Positions 1 to 12,882 of a stretch of 64,000 nucleotides of DNA are shown in pieces. The DNA comes from Octopus vulgaris (lineage: Eukaryota): the NCBI GenBank assembly GCA_951406725.2, contig OX597823.1:60698001-60762000 (forward strand), in the 5' to 3' direction. The number at the start of each line of letters is the position of its first letter. Within the stretch, counting starts at the first letter, position 1. The notes beneath the pieces were generated by a model. That model was given only the letters and a program-made list of their open reading frames with translations. It did not search any database and was not told the origin of the DNA. The position numbers were made by a program, and so were the translations under genes.

Positions 1-160
1 AAAGGAAACGAGAAAGGTGGAGAAGCTGAAATGAAACCAGAACAGTGGCAGAAAGCAAAGATGGTTGGAGAGATTGAGTTGCAGCCTCCTATGCCCCATG
101 GCATGGAGAGAACTAACTGACTAACTAATAACTAATTAACTAACTAACTAACTAACTAAG
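1..160 (+). mobile_element. 3' end of an RTE-clade LINE with (TAAC)n tail
   Basis: Translates ...SKDGWRD*VAASYAPWHGEN*, matching the RTE ORF C-terminal pattern (DR..WR..V.A.C), followed directly by a (TAAC)n tail. Confidence 0.6.
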
Positions 161-588
161 AGTTGTAAAGCAGTGCCTTAACAACACATTTTGCAAACAT
201 TTGTCTAATGGAATTATTACTGTCAAACTTCAGTATGGAAAGCCGGAATGTATTACTTTCATAATCAAAATGTGTAAATATTCTTATCTGAATATGATCA
301 TTAATGAAATATCTGCCGTTCTTAAAATACTTTTATTAGAATACAAATACTTTCATTACAGAAAGTACTATTTCAATTTATTTGATTTGAAGATTTAATT
401 TATAATAATGACTAAGGATAATTTATAAATACTGTCATTATTGAAATGTTGAACGTAAACCGAATGAAAAAAAAATGCTTCTGTTCCTGAAATACTTTAC
501 TTATTCAGTGTGAAGTTGAAATTATGTAGCTGAAGTGAAGTGTTCTCTAGGACTAGTTTTCCTCAATTGTGGCAATTTTAACATTATA

Positions 589-990
589 CAAGTAGTATCG
601 CCCGGTGTTGCTCGGGTTTATTTCAACCCTTTAGAATTGGAATTTTTGAAAAGTAAAAATTTTGCATTATGTAGCTTGTTATTCTCTTTAAGTGAACATT
701 TTTCTGGTTGAAATATACTGAAAAATGGCAATACAGCAGTCAAAAAATCATAAAAAATAGGGATTTTCAAAGAGAAAAACCCACCTTTTTGATGTAAATA
801 ATTTTTGGTGTTAACATGGTCCAATTTGAATTTTGTCTTCTGCAGAATGAAGAGCAAGTCTTCTTCTATCTTACTCTCAATTTTGGTCAACTTGCGCTGC
901 AGGGTCTCTGAGGAGATAGTGTTAGTTGAAGGCTACCAAACCTGCCATACACAGACAACTTCAGCTTTATATATATATATATATATATAT
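589..990 (-). mobile_element. Non-autonomous Helitron (Lep1-like)
   Basis: Minus-strand 3' end has a CCCGAGCAACACCGGG hairpin followed by a degenerate CTAG (CTTG); 5' end lies in a TA run; the terminal ~30 bp are shared with the copy at 10778. Confidence 0.65.
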
Positions 991-1989
991 GTATATAATA
1001 TTGCATATATATTAAAAGATATATTGCTGGAGCATTTTTGTGTTATTACTTGTTATAGCTAGTTATTGAACCAAATAGAATTTTATGAAATTTGTGTTTT
1101 TTTGTAGCAGTGTATTTATATAATCTAAGATACACAACAGCACTTAAATAGTAATGAAGTACATTTCATCAGTTTGCTTGTTTCCGTTTCAGTGTTATCT
1201 TTTAGTTTTGAGTCTCTTTGCTGTGTTAGTAAAATTGTAAACAAGTTTATTCAATACAACCCCTGACATGGGTGTACTAATGAAATATAATGAACATTTA
1301 ATATGTTATCACTATCATAGAAGAAAAAAAGAAAAACATTATTATAGTGATTTTAAACTGTTTGTTATGCATCAGTTAGCTTGGACAATAACTAGACATA
1401 AGTGACTTTGGTTATGCCATCCTGAGTATGGCCACACACGAATAGATACACATTAGCAAAAAAAAAAAAAAAAAAACTTTCTCCATTAGTATGTTTTTGT
1501 AAAAATAATTAAAAAGGAAGCCCCATGCCACTCACATACTGCGAAAGAAAACTGAATTTTGGATTGTTAAAAAAAACAACAAAACAATTTTTTTCCTTTC
1601 TTTTACAGTTTATTGTTCTAGCCCCACACAAATTCAGATGAAAATAGACAGGCACAATCTTAGTTTCATATCTTTAAGCGCTTCTGTAATGGCTGCCATA
1701 TGTTTAAATATTAATATGCTAATTAAATATTTCTTCTTACTGGCAAATATTGATAAAGAGTGATAGTATTTTGAAATCATCTACACTGAATTCAGAATGT
1801 TATTTTGTATACGTTTACTGCTGAAATTTAATTTCATTGATCAGAATCCTGCCAATTAGAGATTTAATTACATTGTAATATGTTTCCTAAAATTATTTTA
1901 TTTTTCTTTGGCATACATACTCAATCGATACTATGCAATTTAATGAATAGCGCAAATACATTTCATACATATGGATGTGTGTGTGTGTA

Positions 1990-2395
1990 TATTCTTTTAT
2001 TTGTCTCAGTCATTTTGACTGCAGCCATGCTGGAGCAGTGCCTTTAGTTGAAGAAGTCGACCCAAGGACTTATTCTTTGTAAGCCTAGTTCTTATTCTAT
2101 TGGTCTCTTTTGCCGAACCACTAAGTTACAGGGACATAATTACGCCAACATCGGTTGTCAAGTGATAGAGAGGAGACAAACATAGATAAATATATATATA
2201 CATACATACATATATATACACACACACACACATATATATATATACAACGGGCTTCTTTCAGTTTCCATCTACCAAATCCACTCACAAAGCTTTGGTCAGC
2301 CTGAGGCTATAGCAGAATATACTTGCCCAAGATACCACACAGTGGGACTGAATCCGGAACAATATGGTTGGTAAGCAAGCTTCTTACCACACACA
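1990..2395 (-). mobile_element. tRNA-derived SINE, family A
   Basis: Reverse complement of the full copies at 36990 and 45884 (GTGTGGTAAG..GTTCCGG.TTCAGTCCC head, CTTGGGCAAGT, internal TA/CA tract, GACTGA.ACAA.TAAAAGA tail). Confidence 0.85.
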
Positions 2396-2809
2396 CACAC
2401 ATTGCATGTACATGCACACGCATTTATATCTGATATTCTACATTTAAATTTGTAAAGAGTAAGAATTCTTCAGTTTCTTTTATCATTGTTATTGTTATAC
2501 AGAAGGAACATAATAATCCTGATGCTTACATCCTAGTCTACTAAGCATGTAATCTTAAGTTTAAACAATACCACATTCATTGTAATGTGGTTCTGAGGAA
2601 CCCCATTTGCTTGAATAAGAAAAAGGGAAAAAAAGCAAACAAAAAAAGCAAAGGTTCTTTATTTATTTCATGGTTGATTAGTTGTAGGAGAGGCTTTTAA
2701 CTCTAAAAGTAATTACTCTATGAAAAGTCATCCTATCCCATCCATGAAAGCCCTTAAAACATTTCTTGCAAAGTAGATTTTTGAGAGGAAACAATTTCTT
2801 ATTTTAAAG

Positions 2810-2945
2810 CTGGTATTTGACTGGCATTTTATTTTAATAATCCCAGAAGGGATGAACAACAAAGTTTACCTCAGCAGGATTTGAACCCGTTTTGTTTAGT
2901 GAGGGTGTTTTGTCTGGCAATCTAATGATTCTGCCTAGCTAAGTT
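2810..2945 (-). mobile_element. Degenerate Nin/Deu-domain SINE (family B)
   Basis: GGGATGAAC..CAAAGTTTACCTCAGCAGGATTTGAAC matches the reverse complement of family B. Confidence 0.6.
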
Positions 2946-3099
2946 GGTAGATCATTGGGTTTCAAAAAATCCTTAAATGGCAGATAGCCTTCATTAATTA
3001 AAATCTCATTAATGCTATTTTCTTTTATTACAATAAGAAAACTTAGGAGACATAAATGTCTAATTTCCCTTCCCCTTCTTGTATTCTGTTAGAAACCAG

Positions 3100-3545
3100 A
3101 AGAAATGATGGCATGTCAGACTAAATACCTCCTGGTAATTACAAGTTTTTGCATTCTGAGTTCTAATCCTACCAGAGTTGACTTTTGGCTTTCAGTCTTC
3201 TAGAGTCAATTAAACAAGTACTGGCCAATTACTGGTGTCGGTTACAGTTTAACCCTTTAGCATTCAGATTACACTGTCAAATGTAATGCTTATTTGTTTA
3301 CAGTGTTTTGAATTAATCATGCATTATTTTATGGTTTTTGAAATTTTGATGATGTGATTGTTTATTTTTAGAATGATATTACAGGGTAGGTATGAGAGAC
3401 TGAATTTGGCCAGTGTGAACATAAATCAAGTAGAATATTTGGGTTGGATGTGGTCAGGTTTAAATGCTAAAGGATTAACAGACAGTACCCTACTCCTAAA
3501 TATTCAGATCACATGCCTATGTTGCCATGTTGAAATTGAATATCA
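3100..3545 (+). mobile_element. Degenerate family B SINE split by a TTAA MITE
   Basis: TTCTGAGTTCTAATCC..GAGTTGACTTTTGGCTTTCAGTCTT; the SINE 3' part resumes after 3478. Confidence 0.6.
3253..3474. mobile_element. piggyBac-like MITE
   Basis: TTAA|CCCTTTAGCATT ... AATGCTAAAGGA|TTAA: terminal inverted repeats with a TTAA duplication. Confidence 0.8.
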
Positions 3546-3564
3546 TTAAAGGTAATAGTGGAAA

Positions 3565-3760
3565 AAGACACATGGCTCAGTGGTTAGAGCAGTGGGCTCA
3601 CAATCATGAGGTTGTGACTTTGATTCCCAGATCAGGCTGTGTGTTGTGTTCTTGAGCAAAACACTTTATTTCATGCACCAGTTCACTCAGCTGGTTCCAA
3701 GCTGTATTAGCCTTTGGATTTCCCTTGGACAACATTGGTGGTGTGGAGAGGGAAGACTGG
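3565..3760 (+). mobile_element. tRNA-derived SINE, family C
   Basis: A-box TGGCTCAGTGG, B-box-like TTTGATTCCC, then GTGTTCTTGAGCAAAACACTTTA; related to the copies at 25733, 31553, 33660 and 57060. Confidence 0.75.
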
Positions 3761-6700
3761 TATGCTGGTCTTCCATAAAAACAACCTTGCCCAAACTTGT
3801 GCCTTGGAGAGGAACTTTCTTGGTGTACTCCCATGGTTTCTTTACTCTTGTGGCAAAAGTAGTAGAGCACTTGTTAAAATGTGCTCTGGTATTTATTTCT
3901 AACGAGCAGCAAGGACTTCACTAAAGGCAGCCAGATGGAGGGTTGACCTGGGCAATGAATAGCATGTCTATTGTGTATTGGCATTTATCTATCCATCTAT
4001 CTTTTATGCCCTATTCCTGGAAGGCTCAGTTCTCAGGCACCTCCTCCATAGGGACCTGTCAGAAGCAACCAAGATTCGATTTTCTGGCTTGATTCCTAAG
4101 CATGAACAACTGAGACTATGGATATTATCCAACCATCTCATGCTCCTAGATCTCATGTTGGTCAGCTCAGATTGAAGAATCTGTCTTGCGATTCTTTCTT
4201 GCAAGATTCAAATCACATATTCATGGTACCAAGGCTGTGACTTCTCAATGCCAGTGCAGTAGTTAGGTTTTAGTGTCTTTGACTTTTTGTTGAAATGGTA
4301 CTGAGAGGAACACATTGGAATAGTCTGTTTTGCAGACTTGCTGAGCCAGATATTGGCGTAAAAGATAACATTTTACAATTGATGATGAACTGAAGGAGAG
4401 ATTTTTAACTAAGCAGCTCCAATTCTTATCAACCATTCCATGACGGAAAGCTGTTTCAGAAGAGCATTTTAATTCACTTCTTCACTTAGACAAATTAATC
4501 TTATCAAATCATTTTTTTTTTCTTTTTCTGTTTGTACATTGTGATCAAATTTATTTCAACATGTATCCTTTTGAATACTCTTGTTACCCCACTTCCATAT
4601 ATCACTGATTCTGCATGCCCGTTTCCTATTAGCAGTGAACTTCATATAGATAATGAGTAAGTAAAGGTATTGTGTTCAGATAAAAGAATTTTTATAATAA
4701 AGGGTTATGGTTAACTTCAAAGATGAATTTCTTATGATCAGTAAATCAAAGTATCGAGCTGGTATCATTGTCACAAACGGATACTTGAAAAACTTATATT
4801 ACTTTCATCGTGTACAATTATTACTTGCTTCATCTCTCATTAGTATATAATCACAGCAAGAAACCTCTTAACAGAATAGTTCATACATGATGTTCATTAT
4901 ATCTCTGCTAGCTAATATCTGTGTAATTGTGTGGCTCTAGAATATTTTTATTTCAATGAAAATCGTTTTTTAATAACTTATTTTGATAATTAATCTTTTA
5001 AACGATATATACGTTTTTGTATTGATTTTGTTTTTACTAGCAATATGTGTAAGATTACTAGAGTTAACTCATTGTTTATCAACTTTTTCATTGTGCTTTA
5101 CTTACAATTTTCTCAAACAAAGTCTTGTATATGTGTGTATATATATATGCATATGTATGTGTATATGTGTATATGTGCATATATGTATATGTATATGTAT
5201 AAATGCATATATGTATATATATATGTGCACATAGGTATATATATATATGTGTGTGTGTGTTTACATATGGTACCATAGTACAGTGCTTAGGAGAAATCTA
5301 CCATACCTAGTTATGCTGGCAGCATGATTCTGTGAATAGGAGAGACAAGTGGAGAGAAAGGTGAGTTGTATGTATGCATGTGTGTGTATATACATACTCA
5401 CACACATGTGTGTACATTTTCCCTCTATTCATTACTAATAGCCAGATTAAAAGCTAATAACTTGATTCCACTCTATTTTAACAATATCTGAAATGCTAGC
5501 ATGCAAATCTATATAAATTCAGCAGACCTTATGTTGATTTTTAACCTGTTTTATATTTCTTTCACTTTCTTTTCTGTTCAGTTATCAGGCTTAAAGCAAT
5601 CATCACATTCATTATTTTATGGAAATTCCTCTGATTATATATTTCTGCATCTATCCATATATGTTTGCAACTGTGAGAAGAGAGAAGAATGTATGAAAAA
5701 TAAAAAAAATATTCTCAGTTAATTGAAAGTAGTATAATATCATCTACACATTACTCATTAAAATTTCTATTCAAATATTTCAGCCTGATAATTACTCATT
5801 AAAGACAACTGTAAAGTTGCATTTATTTTTAAAATGTCCATTTATTAATTTCTCCGAGATAAATCCTATCTAAGCTCATTTATTTTTACATTATAAGCTA
5901 ATTCTGAAAGATTTTTCCTTTCCTTTGCATGTGCGCATGCCTGCGTAAGTGCTGAAAATAACTCTGGGAAATAGCTTGTACTTAAACAATGTTAATCATT
6001 CTGATTGAAATAATTTTCTGTATTGTACGGATATATTTTGTTATTGAGTCTTAAAAATCACTTTTCTTCATTGGTATGAATTTTTATAGATTGTTTTATA
6101 AAAACTACCAACTATGAATGTTGTTATGAAACTGTTCTTCACATATAAATAGTAAATTATAAGAAGAAATAAATAGAAGTGTCTTAATTGTATTTCGATA
6201 AAACTTTTCTTAATGTCAAAAATATCGCCCTTGTGTTATCAAATGAAGAGAAATACTCATTTCTGCAATTCTAAACAATTAGTCACAAATACTCACAGGT
6301 TGCCATGACGAGAACATAGGCACATGTGTACACTTACATACACGCACACACACACTTTCTCTCCTACAAACCTTAACACATACACACACAAATCTGCAGA
6401 TTTGTGTTCTCATTCATGTTTACGCTGGCTTACACATTCATTTTTATTCACATATTGTCATTTATTCTTGCATGCACCTACATACATACATAAAATAAAC
6501 AAACAAAATATATAAATGCATGACTACTGAGCTTATTATTATTTGAGGTTGCGTGTGTAAAAGTTCTTAGATTTTCATAAGTTCTCTCTAATTCCATTCA
6601 TTTAAACTGATCCCCCCCCTCTCTGAAACGAGTTAAATGTTTCCACTTAATTTATTCTTCCTTAGAAAATTCTGTTTATTGTTTTCATGGAGAGGTAATT

Positions 6701-6829
6701 GATTTTATGTGTGATAATATCTGTCACTCATGTGTATCTAGATCCCCCATTCATGAAATTACTTTTCCAAACAGTTGTATTCCATCAGCCAAGTATGACT
6801 CAGATCATTCACACTGTGAGGCAGCTTCT

Positions 6830-7380
6830 GCATGGTCACGCAAGGTGCTAGAAATAGCAGCTAAATCTCACTTGTATCACCTCACCTTCCCTTGCTGTTT
6901 TAAAAACAAACAGACCATTTTAGAAATGCAGTAAAATCATGTCAGCAACCAGGTCGTGGTTGATGCAATGAAAATTTTAGCACCAAATAACGAACATTTA
7001 AGTGAAGTTAAATCTTTGTGCATTTTCAAATGGCTGATTTGTGTCTTCCATGCTGCAGTTGTTTTACTTTTGACACACTGTCTCAGATCAGATCACTTAC
7101 CTGACAGGTACACCATTGAAATATTAGATAATGTACTCTGAAAACAGCTTTATGATTTCAGCTTTTGACCATAGTTTGGGGTTAAATAACAACCGCTAAA
7201 TCATCAAAATAGAGACTCCTATGAGACAACGAAGGACCTTATATGAAGTCATTCGACTTACTTTCTTACTTAACATAAGGCATTTTGTTCATATGAAGAA
7301 CAAAATTATGACTGGATCATTTCTTATCTTAGGTCTGTGTGACAAGAGTTTACCTGTGGCCAAAGAATCACAACAACAGT
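6830..7380 (+). repeat. Two copies of dispersed repeat family D with (CAA)n-like tails
   Basis: GGTCA..CG....GCTAGAAATAGCAGC.AAATCTC motif and AAACAACAAC tail; similar sequence at about 13975 and 59330-59800. Confidence 0.5.
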
Positions 7381-7649
7381 TTTAAATTAAAACCTCACAC
7401 TCTCTCTCTTTCTCTCTCTCTCTCGTTATTTTTAATCAGGGCTATTAGAATAAGTTGAGAACAGTTTGATGTATAGCTCTTTTAATTTTGACACTAAAAG
7501 AAACTATACTACAAAACATACCCCTTAAGTAAATGGTTTGTTCTATTGCATTCATAGCATTAATAATTAAGATTCACCTGTATGACTAAACTGAATCTTT
7601 CATATATCTTTGATAATATAAATCATGAAGTTTCAATTAGGTTATATAT

Positions 7650-7890
7650 GCTGGTGCCTTGTAAAAGCCTCTTGTGCTGGTGCCATGTGAAAAATACATG
7701 TGTTGGTGCTATGTAAAAAGCACCCGGTACACTCTGTAAAGTGGTTGGTGTTGGGGAGGGCATCCACCTGTAGAAACCAAACCAAAACACATATTGGAGT
7801 CTGGTGCATTCTCTCTGGCTTGCTAGCTCCTGTCAAACCGTCCAACTCATGCCAGCATGGAAAACATGTTACATGATGATCATGATGATG
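7650..7890 (+). mobile_element. RTE LINE 3'-UTR fragment with (GAT)n tail
   Basis: GTGGTTGG..GGAGGGCATCCA..TGTAGAAACC..CATGCCAGCATGGAAAA..GATGATGAT; same sequence as the 3'-UTR of the RTE at 52638-53425. Confidence 0.8.
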
Positions 7891-8648
7891 ATACTATGTT
7901 TTCAATCTAAACTGGTCAATTCCAGTGTGATGCTGAATTTAAGACTTACTGAGAATCAAAATACAGATTTCTTTCAAATCAGTAATGAATGTATTCATAG
8001 AATCTTTTTAAATGAGAGAGAGAGAGAGAGAGAGAGTGAGAGAGAGAGAGTGTGTATGTGCATGTGTGGGGGGTGCCTTCCTGGACAATATCCAGCTATC
8101 AAACTTAGACTGATACTAGATTGGATGGCATACCATTTCAGATGATTAGGAATTGTTTTCAATCATGTTAATTTAAGCTGCGTTAGAATATAATGTACAG
8201 TAGAAGCCAAACTTTATATTATCTGCTATAATATATAAAACATCTCTATCAATTTAATAACTGCACTTCGTTAAATTTGTAGCAAACAACTTTTGCTCCT
8301 ACTATAGGGTTTCATATCAGTGTTGCCAATTTAGCATTTACAATACTAGAATCTAGTGTACTCTTGAGAAAAATGGAAAATTGGAAAATCAAACTTTAAA
8401 AATTCCATTGCCTACTAGAACTGACAATACTAGTGTCACAGTAGGAGTTGAGATTCTTTTGTATTAGAAATTACATGAAGTTCCAGCATTAATTCTGTTT
8501 AGATGTGTGTGTATGTGTTATTATTTGCCAATTGGTGGTATCTTATAAATGTGTTGTATGTTTCCAAGGAACATAAAAGTTTGGGATGCAGAGACTTGTA
8601 AGTGGTTTTTCCCATGTTTCAACCAAAACAACCATTTGTTTCATACCA

Positions 8649-8856
8649 TTAACTCTTTCAGTACCAACTCACCTGAAACTGCCCCTGGTTCTATGATAAA
8701 AAAAATTCTTGTTTTAAAATGATTGAAATTAAAACCTATCAAAATTTTATATTGATTTATGGTTCAAACATCAGCTTAATAATGACAGTTATTTTACTAT
8801 ATTCTTCATTATTTTCAAAGTGTATTTCGGTAGAAGTATGACAAATATATGGTTAA
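8649..8856. mobile_element. TTAA-flanked MITE (piggyBac-like), degenerate
   Basis: TTAACTCTTT...GGTTAA ends; internally similar to 52017-52245 and about 44545-44808. Confidence 0.55.
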
Positions 8857-9263
8857 TAACAAAGAACTGTTGAAAATTTTAATCATTTGTACATGTTGTT
8901 GGTTAGCAGTTGAACCTGTGTGGATAGAATTTTTAATCAAAGGCTTAAATTACATGTTAATTTTAAAAGTATGAGCATTGCTTAGCTGTTGTATCAAATG
9001 GATTGGGATTACAAGAATATCTTTAAGTTTTCAATTTTGGTATCTTTATATCCTATTTTAAAGCATGTTTTAAAAAAAATGCCTTTTTGAATCAAATGTT
9101 GACATATTTACAGATCTTTGCTATTTGTTCAAATCTATTGCAAATATGCAAATATCTCGGTACTGCTAACATGCAGAATATAAGGATATATCCTTTTGGC
9201 CCTAATTTTAGTATTGTGACTTTTGGATCCTAACTTTAATCTTAACTTTGAATGAGAAATAAT

Positions 9264-9475
9264 AGTTTAAAATTTTGGCACAAGGCCAGCAATTTTTTAA
9301 TACCTTGACCCCAGTGCTCATCTGGTACTTATTTTATCACCCCCCCCCCCAAAAAAAAAGGATGAAAGGAAAAGTTGACTTTAACAGAATTTGAACTTAG
9401 AGTATAAAGGCAGACGAACTGCCTCTAAAGATTTTTGCTTGGCAACCTAACAATTCTGCCAGCTTGCCACTTTGG
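9264..9475 (-). mobile_element. Family B SINE with 18-bp target-site duplication
   Basis: CTTTGAATGAGAAATAAT at 9246-9263 and 9476-9493 flanks a GGATGAAAGG.AAAGTTGAC element. Confidence 0.85.
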
Positions 9476-9675
9476 CTTTGAATGAGAAATAATGGCAAGA
9501 AGATAACAGCTCATAAATGGACATTATTACTAGGAAAAATCTCAAAATTATCTTCTTTACTTTTACCAATACCTCAAACAATGATTATGAGAAAATTTTA
9601 GCATTTTGAAGAGCACACATTGTTTTTTTTTTTATGTAGATAATGTTTTGAAACATATAAAAGAACCAATTATTC

Positions 9676-9761
9676 CTCTTTTGGAATCAATGTCTTTACA
9701 TGAGAATGATTTAAGAACTCTTTTGGAATCAATGTCTTTACATGAGAATGATTTAAGAACT
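9676..9761. repeat. Perfect 42-bp tandem duplication
   Basis: CTCTTTTGGAATCAATGTCTTTACATGAGAATGATTTAAGAA twice. Confidence 0.95.
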
Positions 9762-10284
9762 GTTGAATTTACAATATAATAATAATAATAATATCTCTTT
9801 GCTTAAATATGCCAGCACTTCTAAGACTGAAAAATATGTGAAAAAACTTTTTTACTATGAAAATATTACCGGAGGAATTCCTTCAGTGATGTTGCAATAT
9901 TTGTTCTTAATCTCTTAACTCCTAATCTCATCTAAATCAAACACCGAGATAGCAAGCTTATTCAGTAGCATGAATGATATCAAAGCAAAATTGAAAAGTA
10001 TGATGCAACTTGCAGTGCCTGGAGTTGTTTCTCTCTGTAAAATATGACCTGAAATAAACATAAGTTGCTACAAGGATTATCATTTATCTGTAGCAACCGT
10101 AAATAAAATTGGCACAATAGATGCATATTGACTCAAAAACAAGATAGCAGTACTACAATAACTGAAGGACAGTTTAATTTCTATGCTTCCTTGTAAATAA
10201 GGTAGCATTTTATTGGCATTTAGTACTTTTTTTTATGTCTAAAAATCAAACATCATATTTTCTTTTTTTTTTTGATGATGATGA

Positions 10285-10760
10285 TCATCATCATCGTCAT
10301 CATTATTCATCCTCCATATTCCATGCTGGCATGGGTTAGTGCATCCAGCAAGTTCAAGGACTGCATCATGCTCTTGGGTCAGCTTTGGCATGGTTTCTAT
10401 GTCTAAATTCCCTTCTTAATGCCAGCTACCTTACAGCATATACTGGGTGCCCATTTTTTTGTGTCACCAGCACTATTGAAGTCACCATGCAGTTTGCAAG
10501 ACTACAAACCCTGTGGGAGAATGTGATCAGTTTTATGATAAGGGATCTGGTTTTAGAGTATGAAAGAAATGTAGGAGGCAGAGCAGGTTCTTGTCAAAGA
10601 GCTACATGGTTGCTCACAGAGACAGAGAATGATCAGTAGAAGCTGCAAAGAAATAGACAGATGTGTCAAGATTACCCTTCAAGGTGTTAGGTAGGTAAAA
10701 GTGAGTGGGGCTTTTACAAGATTATATGGGGAGCAGAAGATGAGGGGATGGGGAATAAGT
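10285..10760 (-). mobile_element. Long non-coding element ending in the RTE tail (old copy)
   Basis: (CAT)n plus CCATGCTGGCATGGG, then a purine-rich body like 11158-12230. Confidence 0.65.
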
Positions 10761-10777
10761 ACTCTTTTATATATGTA

Positions 10778-11154
10778 CTAGCAGTATCGCCCGGCGTTGC
10801 TCAGGTCTGTAAGGGAAATAACTATAAAGCATTTTTAGAGAGTTATAGCCAAAAAATAGCAAAAAAATGGAAAAAAATGATGGTAAATTTATTTTTTTAG
10901 TTAAAAAAGGTGGAGTTGCATCCCCTAGACAGTTTGTGTTTCTGATTCTGGACCCCATGTCGAATTTATCGATTTTTTTCAGAACTGGGAGAACTTTTCA
11001 AAATTTTCGCTGCGTTAGTTTTGAATTATGACATTGGGCTATGTGTGTGTCAAGTTTCATCAGAATCGGTTGAAAGCCGTGGTCAGGGTGAAGGTACAAG
11101 CAAACAGACACACAGAAACACGCACAGACAAACTGCCGTTTATATAGAGAGAGA
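10778..11154 (-). mobile_element. Non-autonomous Helitron with intact termini
   Basis: Minus strand reads A|TC...CCTGAGCAACGCCGGG (hairpin) CGATACTG CTAG|T: TC/CTAG ends, AT target, no duplication. Confidence 0.8.
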
Positions 11155-11157
11155 TAT

Positions 11158-11708
11158 ATCATCATCATCATCATTGTTTAACGTCTGCCTTCCATGCTAG
11201 CATGGGTGGGATGGTTTAACAAGAGCTGGTCATGCGGATACCTGAACCAAACTTCTGTGACTGTTTTGGCAGGATTTTTACAGCTGGATGCCCTTCCTAA
11301 CACCAACCACTCAGCAGAGTGGTCTTAGTGCTTTTTACATGGCACAAGCACAGGCGAAGTCAGTTTTTGGCAAGGTTTTCACAGCTTGATGCCTTTTCGA
11401 ACACCAACCACTTTACAGTGTGGACTGGGTGTTTTTAAGTGGCACCTGCACCGATAGGGTCACCAAGCACTTGCAAGACAAAAAAACCACCTCTAAGAGG
11501 AGAGTGGGCATTGGAGGAGGTGATCTTGTGTTGGATGATGAAAGGTTATTGTGAGACAGAGACACAGAAACAGGTGTCTTGCTGTAGAGGAAGTACATGG
11601 TTACCTGGCCAGAGAAAAAGAGAGAGATCAGGAAGGAAGATAGAAACAGGTGTGCTACCACAAAGGAAAATGCTTGGTTACCCAACCTGAGGAAAGTGCA
11701 GGAGAAGC

Positions 11709-11742
<34 letters not shown>

Positions 11743-12230
11743 CAGAATAGAGATGGTGGCAAAATGCCGGGCATACTCACAAAGGACAGGGATCAGAATA
11801 TAAATGGAATGGTTGAGTAGAGGCTGAAGGATATATAGATGGTGGCAAGTGCCAGGGCATACCCTTGAGGTTTGAATGCCATGATATAAGTGGCAGGATA
11901 TTGCAACGGAAGTGTGATTAAAGAGTGTGGAGAGGGAAGTGAGTGACGAAAACCTGGATATGTGTAGAGTCTGGGCAGGGGCTACTGGATAGCAATGATA
12001 CAAGGAACAGGGCCATGAGGACAGGATTGGGGAGTGAGAGCTAGGCACAATGTATGAAGGAGGAAATGTGAGGCAGAGAAGAGATGTGGAGGTGTCGGTT
12101 GGGTTGTGAGGGTAGGGTGAGTGGAAAATTTTTATTGTTACGTGTGGGTGGAACACACATGTCAGGGGTTAGCAGATAGCAATAATACAGTGGAACACTC
12201 AAGTAGGGGGGCTAGTGGAGAGCAATATAT
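11158..12230 (-). mobile_element. About 1.07-kb non-coding element with RTE-derived 3' tail
   Basis: RTE tail at 11158-11460 (partly duplicated) and a GA-rich body; related copies at 10285, 19620, 20860 and 35070. Confidence 0.7.
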
Positions 12231-12231
12231 A

Positions 12232-12329
12232 TTGGCAGTCCATATATTAAAATTGGAATGATACAGAGAAGATTAGCATGGCACCTGTACAAGGATGATG
12301 TACAAATTTGTGAAGCATTCCATATTTTT
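12232..12329 (+). pseudogene. U6: U6 snRNA pseudogene (about 10 nt missing at 5' end)
   Basis: GGCAGTCCATATATTAAAATTGGAATGATACAGAGAAGATTAGCATGGCACCTGTACAAGGATGATGTACAAATTTGTGAAGCATTCCATATTTTT; ACAGAGA box and AGC triad intact; many differences from U6 are CpG to TpG/CpA. Confidence 0.93.
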
Positions 12330-12882
12330 CAGGTTGGCATTCGGAAGGGCAAACAGCCCTAGCATTTGTCTTCTGAAGAAAGGCTGAAGACGCTCGACCT
12401 TTGTTCTCTAGAAAAACGCCGCCGCCATGGTGATCTCATTCTCGCTCATAACATTATAAGTGGAAAGTGTAACCTCTTGAAAGGGCTGTTCTTCACTCCT
12501 GCTCCAGAGCGTCAGCTGTGGGGTCACCCTGAAAAGCTCTATCTGCGACGATTTCATCTCAATCAAAGGAGAGGGGCTTTCTCCGTCCGGGTTGTGGATC
12601 TGTGGAATAAGCTGCTGGATGAGATAGTGAAGATGCCGACGACTGTTCGGTTCAAAGTCTCTCTTGACCAGAAATGGCCTGAACTCTTTGCATGAACACC
12701 CTCCCTGTACAATAACTCCATGTCCCTCTACATGGCCTTGTTTTTGCTTTTTGAGCCAAAAAATTAACTTAACTTAACAAATCAGACTGGAGTCTGGTGC
12801 AACTGCCACCAGCTTGCCAGCTCTGGTCACACTGTCCAACCTATGCTAGCATGGACAGCGGATGTTAAATAGTGATGATGAC
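12330..12882 (+). mobile_element. RTE 3' tail fused to the U6 copy, interrupted by a CR1 fragment
   Basis: GGTTGGCATTCGGAAGGGCA.. (12332-12360) resumes as AAATCAGACTGGAGTCTGGTGC..ATGCTAGCATGGA..GATGATGA (12779-12882). Confidence 0.8.
12360..12778 (+). mobile_element. 5'-truncated CR1-like LINE (ORF2 C-terminus and tail)
   Basis: ORF 12366-12695 EERLKTLDLCSLEKRRRHGDLI...GH..KL...FSVRVVDLWNKL...FK..LD is the typical CR1/L2-group C-terminus; (TAACT)n tail. Confidence 0.85.

Noticed and set aside
11413-12156. 247-aa minus-strand ORF
   Set aside because: Lies in the pyrimidine-rich strand of a repeat body, includes (CT)n and has no domain motif.
12232-12329. Functional U6 gene
   Set aside because: 5' stem truncated, CpG-decay mutations present, and repeat sequence upstream with no recognisable PSE.
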